Of a DNA stretch of 64,000 nt, positions 29,255 through 39,237 are shown in pieces. Under the pieces are notes generated by a model. That model did not search any database, was not told the DNA's origin, and saw only the letters and a program-made list of their open reading frames with translations. The translations under genes and the position numbers were made by a program. Origin of the DNA: Bacteroidales bacterium (GTDB lineage: Bacteria; Bacteroidota; Bacteroidia; Bacteroidales; VadinHA17); the NCBI GenBank assembly GCA_036743455.1, contig DAINPM010000003.1, positions 4,712-68,711 on the forward strand. The letters run 5' to 3'. Position 1 is the stretch's first letter. Every line of letters starts with the position of its first letter.

Positions 29255-30072
29255 TGAAATCTTGTTTCCAGTTCAAGTTGTTCCTTTTTACTGAGATTAG
29301 CTATTACATCAACGAAATAAAGTTTTTTAAAGTCAGTCTTTAGCAGAACAGTTATCTTATAAAAATCACCTCCGGATTTTTCAAAATCACTTATTGTCCC
29401 TATCATCAGACCTTCCGGGAAAATTGCTGAGAAACCTGTTGTCTCTATTGTATCTCCAATACCAAAAGTAACATGCTGGGGTATTTCACTCAATACAGCA
29501 TGCCGGTAATCGTTCCCTTCCCATGTAAGTGATCCGAAATATCCGTTTGACTTTATTCTGGCACTAAGTCTGAAATCGAGATTCAGTACAGACATTCCTA
29601 CAGAAAAATTCCGTGCACATCCCACCAAAATACCAGCCACACCATCATCGGCCATAACAGCCATATCAACATCCAGACCATGAGAAGATCCTTTATCAAT
29701 GGTGAAAAAGTTCTTTTGACGGTTTATCGAATTATTTACCACACGTGCAGAGGAATAAATATAACGTTGATCAAACAGAGTGTCAGATACAGAAAAAAAA
29801 AGCGAATCATCTGATCGCATAAACCGGTCCAGTTTGTTATTCAAAGCTACATTTTCTGAAGCAAGTTTGTTGTTGATCTCTTTCAGATAGAAATATGACC
29901 GTGTATTGTTAAATTTCTGTTCCAGATAATAAGTAATACCTCTTGTCGTCTTCACTACCCGGGTATTATGATAATCATTTCCCGTACTTAGCAACCAGAA
30001 AGTTATTCCCTCTAGTACAAGAAAGATAATCAGGTTATTATATCTCTCCAGGAAGTTTAACAGGTTTCTCAT
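29251..30072 (-). CDS. mreC: Rod shape-determining protein MreC
   Basis: 273 aa. N-terminal TM helix, a coiled-coil segment, then a beta domain. Sits between mreB and mreD. Confidence 0.85.
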   Translation of the reverse strand: MRNLLNFLERYNNLIIFLVLEGITFWLLSTGNDYHNTRVVKTTRGITYYLEQKFNNTRSYFYLKEINNKLASENVALNNKLDRFMRSDDSLFFSVSDTLFDQRYIYSSARVVNNSINRQKNFFTIDKGSSHGLDVDMAVMADDGVAGILVGCARNFSVGMSVLNLDFRLSARIKSNGYFGSLTWEGNDYRHAVLSEIPQHVTFGIGDTIETTGFSAIFPEGLMIGTISDFEKSGGDFYKITVLLKTDFKKLYFVDVIANLSKKEQLELETRFQ

Positions 30073-30085
30073 TCATAAAGGCGGA

Positions 30086-31108
30086 TTATCTCATGAGGAA
30101 AGGGAATCTTTCAACATTTTTTAGTGCAACGGCCGTTCCTCTGGCAACAGCATGAAGAGGATCCTCAACCGGAATAAAATTAATATTTAATTTATCGGAT
30201 AGTCTCTTATCAAGTCCTCTGAGCAAAGAACCGCCTCCGGCCATATAGATACCTTTATTGACAATATCAGCATATAGTTCGGGAGGGGTTTGTTCAAGAA
30301 CATTTAAAAGGGCTGCTTCTACTTTGGAGAGCGATTTATCAAGACAATAAGCAATCTCCTGATATGATACAGGTATCTCAATAGGAAGAGCTGTCATAAT
30401 ATTCGGACCTCTCACAATATAATCGGGTGGGGCATTGGTTATATCGGGTAATGCGGCTCCTACGCCTATCTTTATATCTTCAGCTGTTTTTTCACCTATT
30501 TTGATATTGTGCTGATGTCTCATATAAGCCTGGATATCTGCTGTAAAACCATCTCCTGCAATTCGTATTGATTTATTGCATACAATTCCGCCAAGAGCTA
30601 TTACAGCTATCTCTGTTGTTCCTCCACCTATATCTATTATCATGGAGCCTTCAGGGGCTTCAACATCCAGTCCTATGCCTATTGCTGCGGCCATAGGCTC
30701 ATATATCATGTATATATCGCGGCCACCGGCATGCTCTGATGAATCGCGTACTGCACGTATTTCAACTTCAGTGCTGCCTGAAGGAATGCCCACAACCATT
30801 TTAAGAGAAGGAGAAAAAAGTTTTGGACCTTTGTTGATCATCTTAACCATACCTCTTATCATCAGTTCGGCAGCATTAAAATCGGCTATTACACCATCAC
30901 GTAAAGGTCTGATAGTCCTTATGTTTTCATGTGTCTTGCCATGCATCTGCCTGGCTGTTTCTCCTATTGCTATCAGTTTCCCCGTGTTTTTGTCAATAGC
31001 AACAATTGAAGGTTCATCAACAACAATCTTATCATTATGTATCACAACTGTATTAGCTGTTCCCAGATCAATAGCAATCTCCTGCGTTAAAAATGAAAAT
31101 AGACCCAT
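30086..31108 (-). CDS. mreB: Rod shape-determining protein MreB
   Basis: 340 aa. Actin-fold motifs IDLGTANT and DIGGGTTE. Confidence 0.96.
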   Translation of the reverse strand: MGLFSFLTQEIAIDLGTANTVVIHNDKIVVDEPSIVAIDKNTGKLIAIGETARQMHGKTHENIRTIRPLRDGVIADFNAAELMIRGMVKMINKGPKLFSPSLKMVVGIPSGSTEVEIRAVRDSSEHAGGRDIYMIYEPMAAAIGIGLDVEAPEGSMIIDIGGGTTEIAVIALGGIVCNKSIRIAGDGFTADIQAYMRHQHNIKIGEKTAEDIKIGVGAALPDITNAPPDYIVRGPNIMTALPIEIPVSYQEIAYCLDKSLSKVEAALLNVLEQTPPELYADIVNKGIYMAGGGSLLRGLDKRLSDKLNINFIPVEDPLHAVARGTAVALKNVERFPFLMR

Positions 31109-31132
31109 ATAATGAGAGATTAGAAATAATTT

Positions 31133-32683
31133 TTAGTGTTTAAAATGTCTCGTTCCGGTAAAAACCATTGCAATCCCGTTGGCAGAGCAATAATCTATCG
31201 ACTCCTGATCACGCACTGACCCTCCGGGCTGAATAACAGCTGTAACCCCTGCTTTATGTGCTATTCCGACAGAATCGGGAAAAGGGAAAAATGCATCCGA
31301 AGCCATCACTGACCCCTTCAGGTCAAAACCGAAAACCCTGGCTTTGTCAATAGCCTGCTTAAGTGCATCCACTCTTGATGTTTGTCCAACACCACTGGCA
31401 CACAACTGTTTGTTTTTTGCCAGTACAATAGCATTCGATTTACTGTGTTTAACAAGCTTATTAGCAAAAACAAGATCTTCCTTCTCTGATGAATGGGGCT
31501 CCCTTGTCGTAACAGGCCTCATATCTTTTTCCGTCTCGGTTGACTTATCACGTTCCTGCCAGAGAACACCATTCAATAACCAGCGGTAATTATAATCTGA
31601 GAGAGGAGAAGGTTTTCTTTTCAGTATTATTCTGTTCTTCTTCTGTTGTAATAATTCCAGAGCTTCAGTGGAATAATCGGGTGCAATGATAATCTCAAAG
31701 AATATTTTACCAATAGCCTCTGCAACTGCAGCATCTATGGCTGTATTGGTAACTATAATCCCTCCGTAAGCTGATACCGGATCACAGGCCAAAGCAGCCT
31801 CCCAGGCATCATTAAGATTATCTCTCGAAGCTGCCCCACAGGGATTGTTATGCTTAATGATAATGACTGTGATCTCCGAAAACTCATCTATAAGATTCAA
31901 TCCCGATTCAATATCAAGAATGTTATTATAGGATATCTCCTTCCCGTGCAGTTTGTCAAACAACTCATCCGGATCGCCATAAAAGACACCTTTCTGATGA
32001 GGATTCTCTCCATATCTCAGAGGATAAACATTGTCTATACTTTCCCTGAAACAGTTTATACCTTCTTCTCTGTTGAAATATTTAAAAATTGCAGTGTCAT
32101 AATTTGAGGATACCCTGAAAGCTTCTGCAGCAAAATGCCGTCTTGCCTGCAAATCACTTATCCCGTCTTTTTCTTTTAACAAGGCAAGCAGACCGGCATA
32201 CTGATCCCTGCAGGGAATAATGACAACATCTTTATAATTCTTTGCTGCAGCCCGTATCAGAGATATCCCTCCAATATCTATCTTCTCTATTATTTCAGCT
32301 TCATCATCTGTATTTCTTACGGTCTGTTCAAATGGATAAAGATCCACAACAACAAGATCAATTTCAGGTATCCTGTAAGAGACCAGCTGCTCTATGTCCT
32401 CAGGATTATCACGCCGGGCCAGTATTCCACCAAAAACCGAGGGATGCAATGTTTTGACTCTCCCTCCCAGAATAGACGGATAAGTAGTAATATCTTCCAC
32501 CTTCTCAGCCGGTATACCAAGACCTTCAAGAAAGGAAAATGTTCCTCCTGTTGAATATATCTTAACACCCATTTTATGAAGAAGGCTGACAATTTCATCA
32601 AGTCCTTCCTTATGATATACTGATATTAAAGCGCTGCGGATTTTTTTCTCACTCATTACCTGATTATTAAGATCGCCAGACAA
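31133..32683 (-). CDS. purH: Bifunctional AICAR formyltransferase / IMP cyclohydrolase
   Basis: 516 aa. Contains ALISVYHKEGL, IIKHNNPCGAA and QPGGSVRD. The true start may be the second Met (MSEKK, at 32656). Confidence 0.94.
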   Translation of the reverse strand: MSGDLNNQVMSEKKIRSALISVYHKEGLDEIVSLLHKMGVKIYSTGGTFSFLEGLGIPAEKVEDITTYPSILGGRVKTLHPSVFGGILARRDNPEDIEQLVSYRIPEIDLVVVDLYPFEQTVRNTDDEAEIIEKIDIGGISLIRAAAKNYKDVVIIPCRDQYAGLLALLKEKDGISDLQARRHFAAEAFRVSSNYDTAIFKYFNREEGINCFRESIDNVYPLRYGENPHQKGVFYGDPDELFDKLHGKEISYNNILDIESGLNLIDEFSEITVIIIKHNNPCGAASRDNLNDAWEAALACDPVSAYGGIIVTNTAIDAAVAEAIGKIFFEIIIAPDYSTEALELLQQKKNRIILKRKPSPLSDYNYRWLLNGVLWQERDKSTETEKDMRPVTTREPHSSEKEDLVFANKLVKHSKSNAIVLAKNKQLCASGVGQTSRVDALKQAIDKARVFGFDLKGSVMASDAFFPFPDSVGIAHKAGVTAVIQPGGSVRDQESIDYCSANGIAMVFTGTRHFKH

Positions 32684-32799
32684 AGTTTCTTCGGGCGAGT
32701 AAAAATAGATATTTTTTTATTAACACCAATGAATTAAAAGCATGATTATCTTTACATATTAAGTTATATTATTTTAAACGCCGGAGTTCTCTTTTTTTC

Positions 32800-32807
32800 T
32801 ATCTTTG
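32800..32807 (+). promoter_or_regulatory. Bacteroidota-type -7 promoter box (TAnnTTTG) for the permease gene
   Basis: TATCTTTG overlaps the TTG used as start by the ORF track. This argues for the ATG at 32838 as the real start. Confidence 0.4.
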
Positions 32808-32837
32808 AACTATATTTTTTTATTCCATTACCGTCTA

Positions 32838-34085
32838 ATGTTTTTAAAACTTTTCAAGGAAGGATTACTTTTCGCAATAAACTCTGTAGTCGTCAATAAA
32901 CTGAGGACTTTCCTTTCTCTTTTTGGGATTACTATAGGAATTTTTTGTATCATATCAGTATTCACTGTCCTTGACTGGCTCGAAAAATCTATACGCGACA
33001 GTATTGATTCAATGGGGAGTAATGTTCTTTATGTCCAGAAAATCCCATGGTCGATGGATGGTAGTTTTGACTACTTTGACATCATAAGATGGCCAACAAT
33101 ATCCCTTAACGATTATCAGGCAGTAAGATCAGGGTGTGAAAAAGCTGCAGCTGTTTCTCTTGTTGTTGGCCAGGGAGAAAAAGTAAAATACGGAAATAAT
33201 ATAGCCAATGATGTGGTTATTGCTGCAGTCACTGACGATCTAGAGAAAGTTATCTCTCTTGAGATTGCCAATGGAAGGTATTTTTCACCTTTTGAATTCT
33301 CCGGAAGAAGTAATGTGGTAGTACTGGGAGCTGACATAGCAGAAACCCTATTTGAAGATACTGACCCTGTAGGCAAAGAGGTAAAAATAGCCGGACGGAA
33401 ATGTATAATAATTGGTGTTCTTAAAAAAGAGGGAGAAGGAGCTATATCCTTAAGCAACCTGGATCAGCTGACTATTGTTCCAATGAACTTTGGCAAAGGA
33501 TTCATCAATCTCAGAAACAGATATTCTGATAATCAGATGATAATAAAAGCCAAACCCGGTATTTCAGCTCAGGAATTATCTGATGAAGTAATAATGATCC
33601 TCAGAGCTTCAAGAAGATTAAAGCCGGCTGAAGAGAACAATTTTTCTATCAATACACCGACAATGCTTTCTCAGGGATTTGATTCTGTATTCACTCTCAT
33701 TAATGCAGGTGGTTGGCTTATCGGTGGCTTTGCAATCCTGGTAGGAGGCTTCGGAATAGCAAATATAATGTTTGTGTCAGTTAGAGAGAGAACAAATATT
33801 ATTGGTATTCAAAAAGCTCTGGGAGCTAAAAGGGGTTTTATTCTTCAGCAATTTCTCGTTGAATCGGTGCTGCTATCCATTCTTGGAGGAATACTTGGAA
33901 TATTGCTGATCTTTATTGCAACTCTATTTATTAACTATCTGTATGATATGAACATACACCTTACCGGAGGAAATATTACCCTTGCATTATTTGTTTCAGG
34001 AATAATAGGCATAGTTGCAGGATATGCCCCTGCTTATTCGGCAGCAAGAATGAATCCGGTAGATGCCATCGGCTATTCATTCTGA
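32838..34085 (+). CDS. ABC transporter permease, MacB/FtsX family
   Basis: Starts MFLKLFKEGLLFAINSVVVNKLRTFLSLFGITIG (typical MacB_PCD N-terminus). Has a large periplasmic domain and a C-terminal FtsX 3-TM bundle. No cognate ATPase gene is adjacent. Confidence 0.8.
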   Translation: MFLKLFKEGLLFAINSVVVNKLRTFLSLFGITIGIFCIISVFTVLDWLEKSIRDSIDSMGSNVLYVQKIPWSMDGSFDYFDIIRWPTISLNDYQAVRSGCEKAAAVSLVVGQGEKVKYGNNIANDVVIAAVTDDLEKVISLEIANGRYFSPFEFSGRSNVVVLGADIAETLFEDTDPVGKEVKIAGRKCIIIGVLKKEGEGAISLSNLDQLTIVPMNFGKGFINLRNRYSDNQMIIKAKPGISAQELSDEVIMILRASRRLKPAEENNFSINTPTMLSQGFDSVFTLINAGGWLIGGFAILVGGFGIANIMFVSVRERTNIIGIQKALGAKRGFILQQFLVESVLLSILGGILGILLIFIATLFINYLYDMNIHLTGGNITLALFVSGIIGIVAGYAPAYSAARMNPVDAIGYSF

Positions 34086-34859
34086 AAGTATCATGTTTTC
34101 TTCAACCCAACGGGTTAGTTCAATGAAGCTTTTTACCGACAGCTGTTCCGGTCTTAATACCAGATCCGGATGATTTTCATTCCTGAGTCTGAATACTGCT
34201 TTCAAAGAATTCCTAAGTGTTTTTCGCCTCTGATTAAATCCTGCTTTTACTACCCTGAAAAAAAGCTTTTCATCACAATCCAGAATCTCCTGTGTGTTAC
34301 GTCTCAACCTGATAACACCCGATTTTACTTTTGGAGGGGGAACAAAAGCCTCTTCTTCCACTGTAAAAAGGTATTCTGCTGTATAATAGGCCTGTAACAG
34401 AACACTCATAATACCGTATATCCTTGAACCCGGGGGTGCACATATCCTTTCTGCAACCTCTTTCTGAAGCATCCCACATATCTCTGTTACCTTGTCACGA
34501 TGATCCAGTATCTTAAATAATATCTGGCTGGATATATTATAAGGGAAATTACCTATTACTGCAAATTGTTCATTAAAAAATGAATCTATATCCATTGTCA
34601 GAAAATCTCCCCTGATAATATTCTTCAGTCCTGGAAAAGCCTGCTTCAGATAATAATAGGACTCATTATCTATTTCTATCGCCCTGAAATCCGAAAAATT
34701 GCGTTGCAAAAGAAAAGAGGTCAGTACACCTGAACCAGGACCTATTTCAAGAACTGTGTTATATCCTTCCCCTGTAAGCGATGAAGCAATTCTGGAAGCT
34801 ATCGCCTTATCTTTAAGGAAATGTTGCCCCAGGTTTTTTTTTGGCCGGATCCGGTGCAT
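34077..34859 (-). CDS. rsmA: 16S rRNA (adenine1518/1519-N6)-dimethyltransferase
   Basis: 260 aa. Contains GQHFL, LEIGPGSG and IGNFPYNIS. Confidence 0.93.
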   Translation of the reverse strand: MHRIRPKKNLGQHFLKDKAIASRIASSLTGEGYNTVLEIGPGSGVLTSFLLQRNFSDFRAIEIDNESYYYLKQAFPGLKNIIRGDFLTMDIDSFFNEQFAVIGNFPYNISSQILFKILDHRDKVTEICGMLQKEVAERICAPPGSRIYGIMSVLLQAYYTAEYLFTVEEEAFVPPPKVKSGVIRLRRNTQEILDCDEKLFFRVVKAGFNQRRKTLRNSLKAVFRLRNENHPDLVLRPEQLSVKSFIELTRWVEENMILSE

Positions 34860-34875
34860 TTAGTCTTTTTATATT

Positions 34876-37800
34876 TCAGATACGTAACAATTCACGTCCA
34901 AACTTTCTCCAGATTGGTAATTTAAGAGACTCAAGATACACAATGAAACGATTCAGAATGTTATAGTACAATGTGACAAAAAGAAATATTGTCATTATCC
35001 ATATTGCGGCAACATTAAAGATAAGCGTACCAATCTTCAGATTTCCGAGCTGCTTGTAAGGAGCGAAGAAATGGGCTCTTCCGTATTTTGAAGCCGGTTT
35101 CATGAAAACAGGATCGGCCTGCTGAATTAATCTGTCATAATAATCAGAATCATATATCTTGTTTGTTGCCAGCCTATTGAGCACATGATCCGCAAGGCGC
35201 TCATTGTGATGGCTTTCACGAAGATGCAAATACTCATCCTTCCCCATTTTGTTCTCTGTTACACTTATTACCGAATCACGGGCATTTGAATTTATTCTGC
35301 TGATCATTCTGAAATATTTATCCAGACTGTCAAGATACTGTTTCGTATCGTCTCCTGTCAATTCATCAAAGGAATCATAATTCAGCCTGTCAACCCATGA
35401 TCCGGGTTTTATTCCTGAGATATCCGAAAGATCATCAATATGGTAATTTAGTTTAGTGAGATTGATTTCTGAGTGTTCCCTGTAATAAGGATCTTTTCCT
35501 GCTTTTATACATTGATCAACCTTCACCCTTAGCATCGGGATAAGAAAAGAAGCATTCCAGTCGGCCTGACTTTTATTCATCTCATACTCAAACAAAGGTT
35601 TTTCGTATCTGTTACTCTTGAACTGTTCAACACTTATTGCTTCATAAGCCCAACGGGTTGCCATAATATCACCTATCACCGGTACATATAATTTCCCTGC
35701 CAGTGACCGGGGAAGTTCGTCGAATTTGATCATTGCCCCGCCTAACAACAACTGGGGAACAAGTAAAAGGGGAATAAGAATATAAATACTTACTGCTGTC
35801 CTCATGCCGGCAGATATATTCAACCCCAGGATATTACCAAAACATGCTGTGGAGAAAAGGATAAGCGAGTGTCTTAATAACATACCTTTCACTTCCAGGA
35901 CAGCGTTTGCCACCAATACGAAAGAAAGAACCTGTATAGCAGAGAGAAAGAAAAGAAAACTGACCTTCGATAAAAAATAACTCAATCTGCTGAGATTAAG
36001 GAATTTCTCTCTTTCCAGTATTTTCCTGTCTCTGAATATTTCCTCGGCACTAACAGTAAGTCCTAAAAAGAGAGCAACAATTATGGACATGAATAAAAAA
36101 ACAGGATAATTAATATTGTCCGAAAAAATATATTCTCCTTTTTCACTGAATTTGGAAATATATCCCAGTATTACTGCCAACAGAGGTGCTTCAATGAGGT
36201 TAATGGTCATATATTGGCGGTCAGCAAGTTTACGGGTAATATTGCGTCTGACAAAGGTTTTTACCTGATCCCATTTACGGGGTACTTTAAAATTACTTTT
36301 GGGTACTTTCAGTTTCTCTGGTATTTTATCAAACACAGGCATCATCTTTTTCCTGTACTTGTCATACCATTCAATAGGACTTACCTGTCTCTCTTTACCC
36401 GGTTTGCCTTCATTATCAATTACTTTTACTTCAACGATATGAAGTATACTTTCAGTCTCTATATTTCCGCATGTAGGACATTCGCTTTCCGAAGCATTTG
36501 CCTGTGAGGTTTCTGTCTTAAAATATACCAGGGCTTCCACCGGATCGCCGTCATAAATCATATAGCCGCCTTTGTCAAGTAGCCAGAGCCGGTCAAACAT
36601 CTTTATTATGTCGGAGGAAGGCTGGTGTATTATTGCAAAGATTAGTTTTCCGGTCAGTGTCTGATTCTTTAGAAGAGTCATCACTTTTTCAGAATCAAAA
36701 GAAGAAAGCCCTGAAGTGGGTTCATCAATGAAAAGTATTACTGGTTCACGCATGAGTTCAAGACCTATATTCAGTCTTTTCCTTTGCCCTCCGCTTACTT
36801 TCTTATCGAGCAGACCTCCTACCTGCAGATCTTTTATCTCCCACAGATCAAGATCATTAAGGACTTTTTCGACGGTGGCGTTCATCTGCCCGGGGGTATA
36901 ATCACCAAAACATAAACGGGCATTGAAATACAGGTTCTGATAAACAGTAAGTTCTTCGATGAGCATGTCATCCTGAGGTACATATCCTATTAACCCTTTT
37001 ATCTTTTCACTCTCCTTATGCAAATCATATCCGTTGATAAAAAGCCGGCCTGTCGTGGGATTTATCTTGCCGTGAAGCATATTGATCAAAGTGGTCTTCC
37101 CCACTCCGCTTCCTCCCATAATACCAATAAGATTACCAGACTCCACTCTGAAATTCATTCTCCTGACACCATTTTCAGAGTTCTTGAAAAGATATTCCAG
37201 ATCATGTCCCTCAAATACTACTTTCTTATCTGAGAATTTTTCTGAAACAAATTTCTTGTAGATTCTTGAATAATAGACAGGTTCAATACCCACTCCCTTG
37301 ATATTAACACCTCTTTCAAGAAGATATGTCCTGCAGGCTATTACATCTCTTCCCTTAAAATAAAGAGTCAGTGGACCATCATAGGTAAAAAGCAGATTCC
37401 CCGTGCTTTCAATATGTAAGATAAAGAGTTGACCTTTAAACCCCTTTATTTTAAGATGATGCCATTCCTTATAGTTTTTATGAGTAGTGGTAACCCGGGA
37501 TTCCTGATTATCTCCCTCAACAAGAAGAAGACACTCCGGAGAAATATCATCGAAATTACTGCCTACCATGAATGTTGTAGCATTATTATATTCTTTTCTG
37601 GGAATATTAAAGGTCTTTGCTACAATATCAATAATTGTTTTTTCCTGTTTCGATACCTGCCTGTCTTCATAGGCAAATTCTATCAGCTGAAGAAAAACTA
37701 TCATTCTCTCTTCAAGAAAAAGCCCTTTCTTTATCTGGCGACAAATATTGGTAATCTGAAAAGCAATCAGAGAATTCTCATCCGTGAGATCATCCTTATC

Positions 37801-37998
37801 AATACTTTTAAGTTCATTTGAATAAAAATCGAGGTTATTCTCGAAAAGGGCATAGTATTCTTCTTCAAGTTCTCTGTTAAGGTACCTCCTAAGGTAATTG
37901 CGGAGTATTTTCCTGCCCCGGGAAGTAATACCCATCGGATTGACAGTAGAAACTATGGCAAAGATGTGTATTAATGCCAGTAAAACAGATTCCCTCAT
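34876..37998 (-). CDS. Multidomain ABC protein: ~290-aa N-terminal extension, ABC ATPase, and an ABC-2/ABCG-type membrane domain carrying a ~230-aa hydrophilic insert
   Basis: 1040 aa. Walker A GGSGVGKTT, signature VSGGQRKRLNIGLEL, Walker B LFIDEPTSGLSS. Multiple TM helices from ~aa 590, and a final TM (IGTLIFNVAAIWIMTIFLFVTLYY) after a long polar segment. Confidence 0.8.
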   Translation of the reverse strand: MRESVLLALIHIFAIVSTVNPMGITSRGRKILRNYLRRYLNRELEEEYYALFENNLDFYSNELKSIDKDDLTDENSLIAFQITNICRQIKKGLFLEERMIVFLQLIEFAYEDRQVSKQEKTIIDIVAKTFNIPRKEYNNATTFMVGSNFDDISPECLLLVEGDNQESRVTTTHKNYKEWHHLKIKGFKGQLFILHIESTGNLLFTYDGPLTLYFKGRDVIACRTYLLERGVNIKGVGIEPVYYSRIYKKFVSEKFSDKKVVFEGHDLEYLFKNSENGVRRMNFRVESGNLIGIMGGSGVGKTTLINMLHGKINPTTGRLFINGYDLHKESEKIKGLIGYVPQDDMLIEELTVYQNLYFNARLCFGDYTPGQMNATVEKVLNDLDLWEIKDLQVGGLLDKKVSGGQRKRLNIGLELMREPVILFIDEPTSGLSSFDSEKVMTLLKNQTLTGKLIFAIIHQPSSDIIKMFDRLWLLDKGGYMIYDGDPVEALVYFKTETSQANASESECPTCGNIETESILHIVEVKVIDNEGKPGKERQVSPIEWYDKYRKKMMPVFDKIPEKLKVPKSNFKVPRKWDQVKTFVRRNITRKLADRQYMTINLIEAPLLAVILGYISKFSEKGEYIFSDNINYPVFLFMSIIVALFLGLTVSAEEIFRDRKILEREKFLNLSRLSYFLSKVSFLFFLSAIQVLSFVLVANAVLEVKGMLLRHSLILFSTACFGNILGLNISAGMRTAVSIYILIPLLLVPQLLLGGAMIKFDELPRSLAGKLYVPVIGDIMATRWAYEAISVEQFKSNRYEKPLFEYEMNKSQADWNASFLIPMLRVKVDQCIKAGKDPYYREHSEINLTKLNYHIDDLSDISGIKPGSWVDRLNYDSFDELTGDDTKQYLDSLDKYFRMISRINSNARDSVISVTENKMGKDEYLHLRESHHNERLADHVLNRLATNKIYDSDYYDRLIQQADPVFMKPASKYGRAHFFAPYKQLGNLKIGTLIFNVAAIWIMTIFLFVTLYYNILNRFIVYLESLKLPIWRKFGRELLRI

Positions 37999-38058
37999 AA
38001 GAAAACAGAAAAAAAAAGACCGCAGACTGACAGTATGCGGTCATATGTTTAATAATCC

Positions 38059-38877
38059 CTATTGAACTATCTGGGCACGTACTACTTCAATAGCCTTGGT
38101 GATGTCAATAATGTTCTGTTCTGTAAGACTTGTAGAAAGATCAGAATACACTGCCTTTACAGGCTCCAATTTACTTAAGAGATCACTTACTGCCGGATCA
38201 TTTTCATATGGTTTTGAAATTTCCAGGAATAATTCAAATGATTTTTTTTGTTCAAGCAGGTTCTTCGATATTCCGGCTATCTGGTAAGCTGCTTCTGAGA
38301 CATGAGTAGTCAGATACATACCTTCTACCCATGCTCCACCAACGACAAGAAGCGCTAAAGCCTGCTGGTCATTCTCACTAAGATAACTATAGGTATTTTC
38401 AAAAGCTGCAGTTAAAATATTTACCAGCTCTTCTCTGTTATCAAAATTCTGTTTGATCTTGTCATATAATGTTTCATCATATATCTGCGACATATTCAAT
38501 TCACTGGCCAATATTCTTATGGCATCCAGATAATTGATCACTTCCTGTTGTATGTTGTAAAGAGTTGCATAACTGAGATCTGCTCCGAAAACCCCCATAT
38601 TAAGAGCCTTAGATGTGCTGTTGATATATTTATTTGCATTATCAACAGGATTGGATATTCCAAAAATATATCCTACCTGAAGATCCTGAAGCATATTGAT
38701 AACCTCAGCAGATGTAGGAAGGGGATAGACATTTTCTTCAATCTGTCCTTCAATGGTCTCAACCTGATCCATCTCTACCTTATTTACCTCTTTCTGTGAT
38801 TTGTTACGGCATGAGTTTAGTCCGTAAAAACTGAAGAAAAGAAATGGTAATAATAATGCTGCAATCGTTCTTTTCAT
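38059..38877 (-). CDS. Hypothetical lipoprotein, predicted all-helical
   Basis: 272 aa. Signal peptide plus lipobox (FYGLNSC). No recognisable motifs. Lies 60 bp upstream of the giant ABC gene on the same strand. Confidence 0.6.
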   Translation of the reverse strand: MKRTIAALLLPFLFFSFYGLNSCRNKSQKEVNKVEMDQVETIEGQIEENVYPLPTSAEVINMLQDLQVGYIFGISNPVDNANKYINSTSKALNMGVFGADLSYATLYNIQQEVINYLDAIRILASELNMSQIYDETLYDKIKQNFDNREELVNILTAAFENTYSYLSENDQQALALLVVGGAWVEGMYLTTHVSEAAYQIAGISKNLLEQKKSFELFLEISKPYENDPAVSDLLSKLEPVKAVYSDLSTSLTEQNIIDITKAIEVVRAQIVQ

Positions 38878-39237
38878 ATCGGGTCAATTTAAATTAAAAA
38901 TTTAGCAAAAAAACAACCATAAAAGTAATAATAAAAATTTAATTGTATCCCATACCGAAATGTAAATTAAGACACTTTTCAACAAATTGATTGTCTGACT
39001 ATTCCATGAGTTTTTCCACTCCGGATAAAACCATAGCAGAGTTACATTTAAGTGTTTTTATCGTATTTTTATCTATCTTCGGCGGAGATTTCACAGTTAC
39101 CAACCCATGACAGACCCCGGGCAGAGATGTGAAAGGAAAAGGTTGTAAAGTGTTTTGCAGAATACAGTATAATCGGTAAAATACAGCCTTGCAAAGTGGT
39201 TGAAATTAAATATAAACACAGTAATTTCTATCTGTAT

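Noticed and set aside
30576-31112. 178-aa ORF on the + strand, entirely inside mreB.
   Set aside because: It is antisense to a highly conserved gene, with low-complexity S/P/I-rich composition typical of a shadow frame. The same applies to 43799-44302 and 44654-44950 (inside carB), 7086-7415 (inside adk), 7625-8005 (inside hpt), 12230-12607 (inside recJ), 33116-33457 (inside the permease gene), 52853-53890 (several, inside tig) and 55703-56008 (inside clpX).
39196-39237. GTG/TTG N-terminal extensions proposed by the ORF track for carA (39196), carB (43569), the permease (32805), rplU (58244), comF (62919) and possibly purH (32683) and tatC (50831).
   Set aside because: The conserved family N-termini begin at internal ATG codons. 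In the permease case, a promoter box overlaps the upstream alternative start. The extensions carry no conserved sequence.
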